NCBI GenBank assembly: GCA_021796435.1
Contig: JAJYXM010000016.1
Location: 54,625 to 118,624, forward strand
Direction: 5' to 3'
DNA from: a bacterium
Lineage (GTDB): Bacteria > Patescibacteriota > Patescibacteriia > 2-12-FULL-60-25
DNA length: 64,000 nucleotides
The position numbers and the translations under genes were made by a program. Shown here piece by piece: positions 47,603 to 57,877 of the stretch (positions are counted from its first letter, which is position 1; the number at the start of each line of letters is the position of its first letter). Below the pieces are notes generated by a model that ran no database searches, had not been told where the DNA came from, and saw nothing but the letters and a program-made list of their open reading frames with translations.

Positions 47603-48376
47603 ATGAAGATGTCAGAGAAGATGGTCGGTCTGGTTCTCGTTTTCGCTTCGCTTCTCGTCTCGGCCTGTGCAGCGTCGGTTTCGACGGCGGCTGCTCCCAG
47701 TAGCGATGTGGACTGGCGGCGAGCGTACGTGATGGGTGAGTCGAGGTGCGACCGGAACCAGTCCGGCGCGACGCAGGACGACTATGTGGCTTGCCTCGAG
47801 GAGTCGCAGCGGATTATGAACGAGACCAAGGCGGCAGTGCCTGGCTCGACGCAGAAGAGTCCCGCAACGCCTCCGACGGCAAGCAACCCTCCGCAGCCTG
47901 TGCCGCAGCCGACGACGCCCATGCTTCCACTCCCGGGAGCTGGACCGGTCGCTCCGCAGCCTGTGCCGCAGCCTGTGCCGCAGCAGGGTACGTTGGTGCC
48001 GGTGTGCGACGACTCCCAGGAGTACATCCTGGAGGTCCGCAACCTCACCAACTATCTCATCGAGCCGAGGTCGCCGTACTTGCAGCCGCAGCGTGACGAC
48101 GCGATGTCTGTCTTGTACGCACAGCTGGTGCGGCGGCACGACGGTAGCGTCCAGCCGGTCGCAGTAGTCGGTCCGAACACGACAGCCAAGTTCGTGTTCG
48201 TCCTTCCGAACTGCGGTAGCGGCAGGGTTCGTGTGACCTTCAATGCGTTCCGTTCCGGGCCTGTCCCTGCCCCCCAGATCGGCTGGATGCAGGACCAGGT
48301 CGGTGGCTATGCCGTCCCCAAGAAGGGCGGCTGGTACCAGGAGGTGGAGGACTTCCGCCTCCGCAAGTTCAACTAG
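47603..48376 (+). CDS. Secreted proline-rich lipoprotein, function unknown
   Basis: Signal peptide MKMSEKMVGLVLVFASLLVSAC. Contains PQPVPQP repeats. Confidence 0.5.
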   Translation: MKMSEKMVGLVLVFASLLVSACAASVSTAAAPSSDVDWRRAYVMGESRCDRNQSGATQDDYVACLEESQRIMNETKAAVPGSTQKSPATPPTASNPPQPVPQPTTPMLPLPGAGPVAPQPVPQPVPQQGTLVPVCDDSQEYILEVRNLTNYLIEPRSPYLQPQRDDAMSVLYAQLVRRHDGSVQPVAVVGPNTTAKFVFVLPNCGSGRVRVTFNAFRSGPVPAPQIGWMQDQVGGYAVPKKGGWYQEVEDFRLRKFN

Positions 48377-48746
48377 AGACACGCACGTCTGTGCGGTCCG
48401 TCTCGAAGCGCTGATGTCAATTCTCGACGTCGGCGCTTTTTCGTTTACGAAAACGCTCCGACGTTAGTCGGGGCGTTTCCTCCTGGTGACGCTGCGTCAC
48501 CGCCAAGCATGGGTACGGCGACACGCGCGTCTGTCGGTCGGGAGTCATCCAGAATGATGATGAAGGATGGTTGATGAGATCAAACGATCCTGCTCGCCGG
48601 GCCGCGGTCATGATTATTTTGATCACGCTCGTAGCACGACGAAATTTTTACTGTCTAATTCTTCTCATGCCGCGGAGTTTGCGTCAAGTGCAAGCGGTGG
48701 ATAACTCGATAAAAAAATCCCCGGCAGCGTGGCCGGGAATCTTTTT

Positions 48747-49499
48747 TTATTCCGCTAAGGCGTTGAGCGCGGCTGTCGTCTTTGGTCCGACCAGGCCAGC
48801 TCCGGGTGATGTGCGTGAAGTGATGATTTTTTTGTCGAGTTGGAATCTGATCACCAGCTCTTGCGTCAGCGGACCGAAATAACCGGTGGCGTTATTCTCA
48901 GCGTCGATCTTCTCTTTGAAGTAGGTGAGAAGTTCCTTCTGAAGATCTTGGACACTGGTCGAGCGTTGGCCGCGATGCAGACCGTGGGGGATAAGCTTTT
49001 TGGCTGTCGTCGTCGGTTTGACTGCCGGGGTTTCCGTTTTAGCGACTGTCTCCGGCTCGGCTTTTTCTTCGCTCTCGGATGACGTGACGGCTGCTACTTT
49101 GGTGTTCTTCTTTTGGCCCTTGGCAGCTGTTTGGAATGCGGCTTGGGCACGTTCCATGGTCTTTTTGAAGGAATGCGTGGCAGATGCGTATCCCGGGCTG
49201 CCGTGACCGCAATGCACCTCGGTCATGGCTGCCCATGAAAGCTCGAGAGCTGTCTTATATGAGGTGATCGCTTTGGCCATGTTGGCGTTCTCGGCATAAG
49301 GCGCGATGTCCTTATCCAAACGCGTCAGGTAACCGGAGTAAAGATTCTTGGTTTCGGCCGTTACGCAGAAGCTGACCGTCGGTTCGGCTGGCGTCGTGGC
49401 GGCAAAAGTCGCCAAGGGAACAGCGCTGCCGAGACCGGTGGCAAGTCCTAATGCGATAACGATCGAAAGTCTAGGATATACGATTTTTTTGGTAGTCAT
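48747..49499 (-). CDS. Secreted protein with a C-terminal peptidoglycan-binding domain (PG_binding_1-like)
   Basis: Signal peptide MTTKKIVYPRLSIVIALGLATGLGSAVPLATFAA. C-terminal LHRGQRSTSVQDLQKELLTYF...GYFGPLTQELVIRFQ...GLVGPKTTAAL. Confidence 0.6.
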   Translation of the reverse strand: MTTKKIVYPRLSIVIALGLATGLGSAVPLATFAATTPAEPTVSFCVTAETKNLYSGYLTRLDKDIAPYAENANMAKAITSYKTALELSWAAMTEVHCGHGSPGYASATHSFKKTMERAQAAFQTAAKGQKKNTKVAAVTSSESEEKAEPETVAKTETPAVKPTTTAKKLIPHGLHRGQRSTSVQDLQKELLTYFKEKIDAENNATGYFGPLTQELVIRFQLDKKIITSRTSPGAGLVGPKTTAALNALAE

Positions 49500-49790
49500 A
49501 GAGTGCAATAATGAGCATAGCAAGTATTTCCGGATATGTCATCCTAAAGCGTATATAATGCCGTTTTTCGTCAGTTTTAAGGTTAACATCCGTATAATCG
49601 ATGAATCGCTGACAGAGCTTGAAAATACATGGGCGAAATGATAACCTGCGCAGGCTAAGTGGACGCTAGTGACATGGTGCATGCAGGGTTGCCAGAGTGG
49701 GTTTTGGCCATATGCCGGAACGGGCGAGAAAACGAGCCCCGGCGAACACTCTGCACGAGTTTATGACCGAGGCTTCGCCGAGAATATGGA

Positions 49791-49880
<90 letters not shown>

Positions 49881-50047
49881 AAATACGATGGGATTTTACC
49901 CATCGTATTTTCATATGGTTCGGATGGGTGGGATTCGAACGGGGAGGGTTTGGGAACCGGGAGGTTTCCACTGTTGCCGAGGAGAGCTCACGAGAGGGCG
50001 AAGGCCCTTTCGTGGGACCCCGCCTCTCGCGAGAGGCGGGGGACGTG

Positions 50048-50067
50048 AGATTCCCTCCCTCTCCGCC
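50048..50067 (+). repeat. Direct repeat of the tRNA-Ser 3' end (GATTCCCTCCCTCTCCGCCA), att-like, 168 bp downstream of the tRNA
   Basis: 19 of 20 identity to tRNA positions 49861-49880. It is followed by the 22-bp palindrome CACGTCGCTCGCGAGCGACGTG and a second CTCCGCCA. Confidence 0.6.
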
Positions 50068-50230
50068 ACGTCGCTCGCGAGCGACGTGGCTCCGCCATGA
50101 CAATCTTTTATCGTGCATCCCGAGTGCCTCAAAACGTTCGAGATGTGTGCGATAGAGAAAAACCGCCCGAAAGGGCGGTTTTGTCATAGATGGTAGAAGG
50201 GGCTAAGCTTAGATACAAATCTGTCTTTAT

Positions 50231-53200
50231 ATGGACTCATCCGAAGAATTGTTGCCCTTAAAAGTCACCATCCATACCTCTTTTGAAAAAGCGAAGGAGT
50301 TTTATGATACGGATAACGGTCTATCTCTTTTTGAAAGCGAGGCATCCCCCGATCTGAAGGAGCTGGCTAACGGGTTTCGCAATATTGTTACTGGAGAGCC
50401 TGGCATGGGTAAGACGACTCTGATGAATGAATTGAAGGCTATTTTTGACGAACGAGGATTTAAAACACAGGCTATATTCTTGAAAAGAAGAGATTGCATC
50501 TCCTCGATAGAGACTTTTCTAGCAGGATCAGTCGAAAAACAGAAAGCTCTATTTTTAGATGGTCTCGATGAAGTTAGTGGAAATGAATTAGATGCGGTCA
50601 TAGAAAAAATCAAAAATGTATCTGAATCGTATCCAAAAATCACGATTTATTTGTCGTCACGTTGGAATTTTATAAAGAAGAATCCGGCCACCTTTTCTCT
50701 AGGGTATAGGTTTTTTACAATCTCACCTCTTTCTAAAAGGAGCGTAAGAAGCAAGCTTATATCAATCGGTCATACAGAGTTGGAAGTAGATTCGCTTTTA
50801 AATTCTTTCGTTGCTTTTAATCATGGTTATCTTGTAATTCAGACTCCAAGATACCTAATTTGTTTCGTTGATTTCTTAAAGGAAAGGAATATCAAAGACA
50901 TTAAGACCATTTCTCGTCATGATCTCTTTGAGCATTTTATATACAGCAAGTTAAAGCTCGAGGACGACAAGCAGAAAAGTGAAAAAAGAACTATCGTTAA
51001 AAGACTGCTTGAGAAGCTAGCCTTGGTAATGGAGATTCATCAAACGAATGAGCTGAAGAAGGATGAGTTCATGACGTTCTTGGACGATCTTGAATCCGAT
51101 CTGAAGACGCACGTCCTAGCTCAGATGCCGCTTGAGACTATATTTGATTGTTCGATATTAAAAAACGATGTTGGTTTAGAGAAGATAGAATTTGATAATA
51201 CTGAATTTCAAGAGTATTTGGCTGCAAAAGAACTTTCACGTTTCGCCGATACTCAGAAAGCAGCTTCGGAATTAGCCATCGACCCTGATATACAGCAAAT
51301 TCAACCAAGCTGGTTTAATACATTGAATTTCTTGGTAGATATTGATTCTAAGATATTAGGTCCTCTAATGGATTTCTCTGGAATTAGGAATGAATCCAGG
51401 GTGATCGATGAATCCTTCTTTTCATTTTTAAGCAGGTTGAATACTGAGACGCTGAGTTCAGATTTAAAACAAAGAATTTTTTCTGATGTCTTTGAATATT
51501 ATCAAAGAGTAAAGCAGTGGCTGCCCGGCCAGGTAGCCATAAGCTTGGCAAGATGCTTTGATCAGACACAAATATCGATTCTAAAAAAGTACGCCAATAA
51601 GAGGGCTTTTCAAGACGATGAAGAACGCATTGTTCAATTTGGAAATTTAGGTTACATGGTCGGCGCTCTACTGGAACTTAATTCAAGTGCTATTTTGAAC
51701 GAGAAAGCTTACTGGAATGATTTACTACTAGGGTTAGTTGGTCAGAAGAATAATGGGACCGTGTTACAGCGGCACGCTCTGGAGGCATTGTCCAAATTTC
51801 GAGACTCATCTGTAATAGACGCGTTGCCAAATCTCTTAGACGGAGAAGAACTCGTTGCGAGAGCCGAGCTCTCATTATGTACCGAGGTAGATCCAGATCA
51901 CGAAAAGAGCGTTCAGTATTTCATAGAAGCGACCAAAAAAGATATTTTCTATGGAAAATACGGTCTATATGAGCTATCAAAACCTGAGTCAATAAAGACT
52001 TTTCTCGGAGCTTTGGTGACCGATGAGAACTTTCGTTTTGAATTCTTAGATGATCATCTTGACTCAACTGCAGTGACGGATCAGGTGATTAAGCGCATCG
52101 ATAATGTTTTTGATAACGACATCTCTGAGCTAATCGATAAAGTCATACTCGTTGCATTACAAGGTCATCACTCCTATCGGGGCTCACGATCAAACTTTTT
52201 AGCGAAGATTTTTAGATTAAAGAAATCGAGGGTTACATCATTTATTAATGACATCATCGTTGCTTTATCAAATTGCCCTGATAAGAGTACCTGTTTCTTT
52301 TCAGCTCAACCTCTGCTGGAGCAGGTTTTAGACGAAGCGGACGTCCCGGTATTCATCAATACAATGACAGCCGTGAATGAAAAGAACACCGCTCTCAATG
52401 TACTGATCTCTATAAAAATCACAAGAGGCCCTGAAGGTGAAATGATCTACGAAGCCGGAAGAAGTGACTTTTCTACGGAGTACACTGATTGGGAAAAAAG
52501 AAGATCATCTAATCCAGGCACTGATGAATCTGAAATAAAGTATCAGGAATTTCAACACGCGCTTCAACCCGAACCTGGAAAATACAGAAACGATGTTTTT
52601 GAATTCTTTATTCGAAATCAGAAGATACTCGAACCCAGAATTACGGATGACGATAAAAGACGTTTACGCGAACTAATCAAGGGATCGGTATTTTCTATTA
52701 TTGATCCAGTTGATTTTGTTGCGAGAACCACAGCACAAACTATAGATTCTCGAATACTTATTTTTGGCCCAGCGTTGCTAGCGGCAGAAGTTTTAGAAAT
52801 GAATGTAAGTGAGGATAGACAGAGAATCATTAACTTTATCCCGTTCGCTCATCATGAGCATCTAGATGCGATTTTTAAACTCGTTGCCGGAATTACTACC
52901 CAAGAATTAGCATCTGTTCTTGAAATTTACAATAATAAGCATTCCGATCCCCTGAGATATCCGCCAATTAACTTAGTAAACTTGGCGAAGCAGTATTTCT
53001 TAGTAAACACAGTCCCAGTTCTAAAAGAATTTATCTACGAAGAGGACTATGACTTCTTTTGCAGAAGTAGCGCGCTCGAAGTGGTGGATTTACTTTTGCC
53101 AGATTCTTTATTTTTAGAGCAAATTTTTACTAGTTATAAGGATAGTACGGTAGATAACCAAAGATATTTGGCAGTTATTGCCAATAGTCTACTTATTTCT

Positions 53201-54295
53201 TCTCATGAAAATGCGGAAGCTATTAAATGGAGGGTTGGAGAGATCGTAAAACGAGCCGCCCCTTTCATTCGCGCCAAGGGCGTGCATTCTGTATCCGAAC
53301 TTGAAAATGAATTGAGTCATGAAATGAAGTTTGCGAAGCCGCTAATGAACCTCTCTAAGATTGAGTATGTAGATGAATATCTATACCTTCTAGATGAATC
53401 GGTAAAAATCTGGAATAAAGGAGAAGAGTATCACGAATACGCAAGCTATATTTGGAATATCATCTACTCATATTTTGAAAAGCTCGCGTCTAAAGGATCG
53501 TATAGTCCACTTCAGAAGTTAGACAACGCAAGTTTGAAACTAAAAGACCAGCCAGGTTTGAATTGGTTTTCGGCACGTATACCTAACTTGAGACGGCAGT
53601 ATTTGAATCATATTGCCAAGCCCAAAAATGTTTCAACGGCGATCAAGAAGTATAATCAACTGAAAGATCGCGATAAAAACGGCATCACTGATTCGGAAAG
53701 CCTCTCTCAAGAGCTGCAAGATGCGATCAATACGGATCTCCGTAAATGGGTAGAAGGCGAAGGAGCTTACGAACTGATTCTGGGCGAGAAAGTCTTTGAC
53801 TCGAAGCACCAAGAATACGAAAGTCTTATACAAAAAACGATCAAAACGCAGATCGAAAATATTTTGTTGAGAAGAAACTTTAAGAAGATGGATATTGACC
53901 GAGAAGTCCAGTTGTTAGATGGAAAAAAGGTAGATTTTATGGTTCGTTATGGCTTTATCGGTCCCGTTCTCATTGAAACCAAATTAGCGACTAGCAAAGA
54001 TCTTCAGGGGGAAGCTCTCGATAAGAAGGAATCCTATAAAAGCATGGAAAGATACATGCAGGGATACAGTGCCACTAAAGGTATATTTCTTATAATCGAA
54101 AATGCTCCTACGAACAAAGCGGAGAAGATAAAAGGCGTGTACGAGCAAATTCCCGGTGTCTGCGTATTAGCGATTGACTGCAAAACTGGAATTAAGGAGG
54201 ATCAAAAATCTAAAAGACGACAGAGTCGATCTTCAAGGACGACCAAAGGGTCCATCAGAAGTAAGAAGGCGGTTCCAAAGAAACAAAAGAAGTGA
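50231..54295 (+). CDS. NACHT-like STAND NTPase (1354 aa) with a long helical-repeat region and a C-terminal PD-(D/E)XK (restriction-endonuclease-fold) nuclease domain
   Basis: Walker A VTGEPGMGKTTLM. Walker B / NACHT motif ALFLDGLDEV. C-terminal D...(E)xK core IDREVQLLDGKKVDFMVRYGFIGPVLIETKL. About 38% GC versus about 60% in the flanks. Confidence 0.85.
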   Translation: MDSSEELLPLKVTIHTSFEKAKEFYDTDNGLSLFESEASPDLKELANGFRNIVTGEPGMGKTTLMNELKAIFDERGFKTQAIFLKRRDCISSIETFLAGSVEKQKALFLDGLDEVSGNELDAVIEKIKNVSESYPKITIYLSSRWNFIKKNPATFSLGYRFFTISPLSKRSVRSKLISIGHTELEVDSLLNSFVAFNHGYLVIQTPRYLICFVDFLKERNIKDIKTISRHDLFEHFIYSKLKLEDDKQKSEKRTIVKRLLEKLALVMEIHQTNELKKDEFMTFLDDLESDLKTHVLAQMPLETIFDCSILKNDVGLEKIEFDNTEFQEYLAAKELSRFADTQKAASELAIDPDIQQIQPSWFNTLNFLVDIDSKILGPLMDFSGIRNESRVIDESFFSFLSRLNTETLSSDLKQRIFSDVFEYYQRVKQWLPGQVAISLARCFDQTQISILKKYANKRAFQDDEERIVQFGNLGYMVGALLELNSSAILNEKAYWNDLLLGLVGQKNNGTVLQRHALEALSKFRDSSVIDALPNLLDGEELVARAELSLCTEVDPDHEKSVQYFIEATKKDIFYGKYGLYELSKPESIKTFLGALVTDENFRFEFLDDHLDSTAVTDQVIKRIDNVFDNDISELIDKVILVALQGHHSYRGSRSNFLAKIFRLKKSRVTSFINDIIVALSNCPDKSTCFFSAQPLLEQVLDEADVPVFINTMTAVNEKNTALNVLISIKITRGPEGEMIYEAGRSDFSTEYTDWEKRRSSNPGTDESEIKYQEFQHALQPEPGKYRNDVFEFFIRNQKILEPRITDDDKRRLRELIKGSVFSIIDPVDFVARTTAQTIDSRILIFGPALLAAEVLEMNVSEDRQRIINFIPFAHHEHLDAIFKLVAGITTQELASVLEIYNNKHSDPLRYPPINLVNLAKQYFLVNTVPVLKEFIYEEDYDFFCRSSALEVVDLLLPDSLFLEQIFTSYKDSTVDNQRYLAVIANSLLISSHENAEAIKWRVGEIVKRAAPFIRAKGVHSVSELENELSHEMKFAKPLMNLSKIEYVDEYLYLLDESVKIWNKGEEYHEYASYIWNIIYSYFEKLASKGSYSPLQKLDNASLKLKDQPGLNWFSARIPNLRRQYLNHIAKPKNVSTAIKKYNQLKDRDKNGITDSESLSQELQDAINTDLRKWVEGEGAYELILGEKVFDSKHQEYESLIQKTIKTQIENILLRRNFKKMDIDREVQLLDGKKVDFMVRYGFIGPVLIETKLATSKDLQGEALDKKESYKSMERYMQGYSATKGIFLIIENAPTNKAEKIKGVYEQIPGVCVLAIDCKTGIKEDQKSKRRQSRSSRTTKGSIRSKKAVPKKQKK

Positions 54296-54717
54296 ATTAC
54301 CTTTTCATGAGTGATTCAATACAGTGCATAGTGAGATTGTTAGTTAGAAACAGTTATCCCTCCCGATACCTGCGCTGATGTTCCGATCATGAGATCTGTT
54401 ACGCATGTACTTATTGCACGGTCATCGTCTAATGGGATGATGAGTGTCTTTGGTCGCCGCTGAAGAACCCATGCTTCAACAATGATTCGGATGTTTTTAT
54501 TGCTCGCGAGAATGAATGGATTTTTCAGATTCATTGTTCCTAGCTGACGCAGATCTTCCTGACTTGGAAAAGTTGCCCATGAGTGATTCTCGGTTTTGAT
54601 TTAACTAGCCATCTGCGTTGACAAAAACGTCGATTTATGGTTATTTATCCCATTCCGGAAATGGCTGTGATAGGCATAGCCACTTGACCGGACTCGCACC
54701 TCTACAAAGGGTCTCTG

Positions 54718-56046
54718 ATGAAAGAAAGCAATAAGTGGGCTCGGTTCATCAAGCAGAGAAACCTGAACCGCGTCAACCGCGCCATGCGGAATCTCTACAC
54801 GGACATGGACGTTACCGTGGCTTTCCTCCAAGGTCTCATCGAGTTGTATGTGCGAAGAGAGAGGGATGATTATACCCGGCTCATCACCGCACAGGTGAGG
54901 ATCGTGACGCAGGCCTTGCCGGCGTCAAAACTTGAGTCGGTCCTGGACCGCTTCAAGACCACTGACGAGTTCATGAACCTCGTGGTCATTACGCTCGGCA
55001 GCCAGCTATACGAGAGCGAGACTTCCCTGGTTACGATATCCCGGCTGTTGGAGGTCGTCAGGCGGCAGACCTCGGTCATGGTTGCGAACACCATGCTGCA
55101 TTCCAGTGCGTTGACTGCCCTCGCCGTCCTGATGAGGTCGTCGGCGCGGGGCATGACGCATACCTGGACGAATGCCCTGTTTCAGGCGTATGCGGCTACG
55201 GAGTCGTGTTTTTTCCGCGATTTCGTAACGGCGCTGTGCCGAGGGGATCTGTTCTATCGAGTCGTCCCATACAGCCATACGGACGAGCAGTACGAAATCC
55301 TCCAGTACGATGGGGAACAACGGGTGCTTGCTTTTCCGGCGCCAGATGATCTGGTGTCTTGGACCAAGAACCAGATCGATATCTGGGGCGCAAAGCTGAT
55401 GTCGCGTGAAGAGGGCTTTCGGCGACTAAGCGATGAGCTACGGAGTCGGTTCGCGGAGTACCGCGCGGCCTACGAGGACATGTGGCTGGAGATGATGGTG
55501 GAGCCGGTCTGGGGCATGCGCGAAGGCGGTCTCGATTGCGTAAGGTTCTCGATTCCAGAGCTTCGAGCTTCTGGCCATCGGCTCGTCCGTCTGCAGCCAC
55601 GGGAGCCATTCCCGAATTTCCATGCCACGTACACCATGGAAAAAATGGATGGCAGCATGAGGCAGCTGGAGATTGACCTCGAGCCGTCTGACCTCGAGAC
55701 GGTAAGCCTCGGGCCGTCGGCAGAGGGGTCGATACTCCGTTGGGCCGACCGGCTCTTGGCCTTCATGGCTGTGCGGGCCGCTTGGATGATCGTGATGGGC
55801 TTGACCGGACGCAAGAGCGACGGGAAATGGACCAAGAACGGGAAATCCAATACGGGAGCCGTAATACGTCCACGGTTCCGTCATCTGCCTGAGGGCTATC
55901 ATGCATCGCCCGAGGCGCGGGCACGGGCACTCGCGACCTTCCGCAAGGAACCGCTACCAGGTTTCACGTTCGTGAAGCAATACGAGCGCGGCCCGGTGCA
56001 GAACTCGGGTGAGCCGCTCTTTGCAGTCACGGACGTAGAGCCCTGA
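54718..56046 (+). CDS. Hypothetical protein (442 aa), co-oriented partner of the NACHT-nuclease gene
   Basis: Coherent frame with its own promoter-like TTGACA-N-TTATTTAT upstream. It ends in a strong rho-independent terminator. No recognised motif. Confidence 0.6.
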   Translation: MKESNKWARFIKQRNLNRVNRAMRNLYTDMDVTVAFLQGLIELYVRRERDDYTRLITAQVRIVTQALPASKLESVLDRFKTTDEFMNLVVITLGSQLYESETSLVTISRLLEVVRRQTSVMVANTMLHSSALTALAVLMRSSARGMTHTWTNALFQAYAATESCFFRDFVTALCRGDLFYRVVPYSHTDEQYEILQYDGEQRVLAFPAPDDLVSWTKNQIDIWGAKLMSREEGFRRLSDELRSRFAEYRAAYEDMWLEMMVEPVWGMREGGLDCVRFSIPELRASGHRLVRLQPREPFPNFHATYTMEKMDGSMRQLEIDLEPSDLETVSLGPSAEGSILRWADRLLAFMAVRAAWMIVMGLTGRKSDGKWTKNGKSNTGAVIRPRFRHLPEGYHASPEARARALATFRKEPLPGFTFVKQYERGPVQNSGEPLFAVTDVEP

Positions 56047-56065
56047 ACCTTCCTCTAGCTAGACG

Positions 56066-56138
56066 CCATCTTCGGATGGCGTCTAATCGTTTAGGCAGAT
56101 TTTTTAAATGCAAAGGAGACCCTGGCGGGGTCTCCGAG
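56066..56138. terminator. Pair of rho-independent terminator hairpins between convergent genes
   Basis: AGACGCCATCTTCGGATGGCGTCT plus a T-run. Second hairpin GGAGACCCTGGCGGGGTCTCC. Confidence 0.6.
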
Positions 56139-56155
56139 TGGGGAGCGGGAAGGAG

Positions 56156-56581
56156 CTAGAGGGAGGAAATGGCGTAGGCAAAGCGGATCAGGGCTTTGAA
56201 TCTGTCATCAGGTTTCAGCCGTCCACTTTTCACGTCGGCTCGCTCGGGCAGCTTGGACCAGAGCTCGTGCAAGGGAGCTGAATTGGAGCGCTCGAAGCGA
56301 TGGTCAGCTTTGATGTACCACTGGTCATCGACGTCGCCGAGCAGGGTGAGGCATGCCTGATCCTTATATGGCGAATTGGCGGAGAACACGAGCGCGATTC
56401 CGCCGTCAGAGATGCCCTTGATCTTCAGTTCGTGCGCATCCCGGGTCAGGGTGAGGAGCGTGCGATCGCCGTCGCGCGGCTGTTCGTCGCAGAAGATGGG
56501 CGAGGCGTGATCGTCGGGCAGAAGGTTGTGTATCTCGAGAATCCGTCTGACGAGCTGCAACCGCTCTGGGTATCCGGACAT
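56156..56581 (-). CDS. Hypothetical protein (141 aa)
   Basis: Translationally coupled to the upstream 145-aa gene, with 1 nt between stop and start. Confidence 0.5.
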   Translation of the reverse strand: MSGYPERLQLVRRILEIHNLLPDDHASPIFCDEQPRDGDRTLLTLTRDAHELKIKGISDGGIALVFSANSPYKDQACLTLLGDVDDQWYIKADHRFERSNSAPLHELWSKLPERADVKSGRLKPDDRFKALIRFAYAISSL

Positions 56582-56582
56582 G

Positions 56583-57020
56583 TCAGCCTCCCTGTTTTGC
56601 GGATGTCGCTTGCTTGCTCAGTGCATGTTCGATCGATTCGACGGTGAAGAACTCGTCCGGCAGCTCGGTCATGAGACAGCGCACCAAGCCTTTGCCGGTG
56701 ATGACGCCCGTGTAGGTGCCGATCCAGGTCTGGCCGTCACGTCGTTCGAAGATGTAGTGGATCTTGTCGGGACGGTCGCGATACTTCTTGGTGAAGGCGA
56801 GACCACTGTCCGAGAGCCTGATATCCGAGAGGTCGGCGGTCCCGAAGTGATCGTCGATGACTCCGACGAGACGTTTGTCTGGCGACTCCAGATCTTGCCA
56901 GATCGAGCCGTGGAACATGTGCTGCCCCAGATATTCCTCGACGAGGATCCGGACGTTAGTCGGATCGAGTACTACATCTTGGGCGGGTTGAAAGAACAGA
57001 CCTTGGATCCAGTAGGCCAT
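56583..57020 (-). CDS. Hypothetical protein (145 aa)
   Basis: First gene of a two-gene minus-strand operon of unknowns. Confidence 0.5.
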   Translation of the reverse strand: MAYWIQGLFFQPAQDVVLDPTNVRILVEEYLGQHMFHGSIWQDLESPDKRLVGVIDDHFGTADLSDIRLSDSGLAFTKKYRDRPDKIHYIFERRDGQTWIGTYTGVITGKGLVRCLMTELPDEFFTVESIEHALSKQATSAKQGG

Positions 57021-57118
57021 GGCTACCTCCTGGCCGGAGCTTAGGTGTGCGGGCCACGGCTGTCAATCTTGATAGTTTCGTTAACTTGAGTGGTTTTGTG
57101 TTAAGATGGGCAGGCTTT

Positions 57119-57877
57119 ATGGACGTCCGCGAAATCATGATCCCATCCTCAAAAGGCGGGATTTCCGCCTCGATCCATTCATCCGAAAAACAATCGGATC
57201 GTCTGGCGATCCTTTGCCCAGGTTATTTAGATTCGAAGGATTATGGACATCTTGTCAAACTGGCTGAAGAATTGGCTGAACATGGATACACTGCAGTCCG
57301 TTTTGATCCGACGGGTACATGGGCCAGCGCAGGGGACATAGCCGACTACAACGTGACGCGCTACCTTGAGGATATCGAAGATGTAGTCGGATTCATGTTT
57401 AAAGAACACGGATATAAAACCATCCTGTTGGGCGGACATAGCCTGGGTGGATCGGTTTCGATCCTTCATGCAGCGCGAGACCCGCGTACGTCGCAGGTCT
57501 TGGGGATCATGCCTTCGGCAGAACGTGTGAGCCATGACCAACAACGAAAAGAATGGGAAGAGAGCGGAGTGAGGATCTCCCAAAGGGAGCTTGTCGACGG
57601 TAAGGGAACCAGGACATTCGAAGTCCCGTTCTCTTACATGGAAGACAGGGAGAATTACAGTGTCTTGGAAGATGTGAAAAAGACCCGTGCATCAATCGAC
57701 CTTGTCGCCGGGGAGCTGGACGATGTGGTTTTGCCCGAAGAAGTGCAAGAGATATATGAAGCAGCCAATGAACCTAAGAAATTCGTCGTTTTAGCCGGCA
57801 TTGATCATGATTATCGGCACAACGATATGGAGATCAAGACAGTGAACGATAAATTGCTGGAATTATTAGCCGCTTGA
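57119..57877 (+). CDS. Alpha/beta-fold hydrolase
   Basis: Nucleophile elbow GGHSLGG. Start set at MDVREIMIP. Confidence 0.75.
   Translation: MDVREIMIPSSKGGISASIHSSEKQSDRLAILCPGYLDSKDYGHLVKLAEELAEHGYTAVRFDPTGTWASAGDIADYNVTRYLEDIEDVVGFMFKEHGYKTILLGGHSLGGSVSILHAARDPRTSQVLGIMPSAERVSHDQQRKEWEESGVRISQRELVDGKGTRTFEVPFSYMEDRENYSVLEDVKKTRASIDLVAGELDDVVLPEEVQEIYEAANEPKKFVVLAGIDHDYRHNDMEIKTVNDKLLELLAA

Noticed and set aside
49650-49790. Possible small RNA gene upstream of tRNA-Ser
   Set aside because: No match to conserved cores of SRP, 6S, RNase P or tmRNA that I could recognise. Probably a promoter/leader for the divergent gene and the tRNA.
49921-50070. Possible second tRNA suggested by GGATTCGAA and a terminal CCTCTCCGCCA
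   Set aside because: No cloverleaf can be folded (no T-stem, D-arm or anticodon arm). It is interpreted as a duplicated tRNA 3'-end att repeat.
54340-54534. 64-aa minus-strand ORF in the spacer after the NACHT gene
   Set aside because: It is short, has no RBS or motif, and lies in AT-rich intergenic DNA. It could be a gene remnant but is unsupported.
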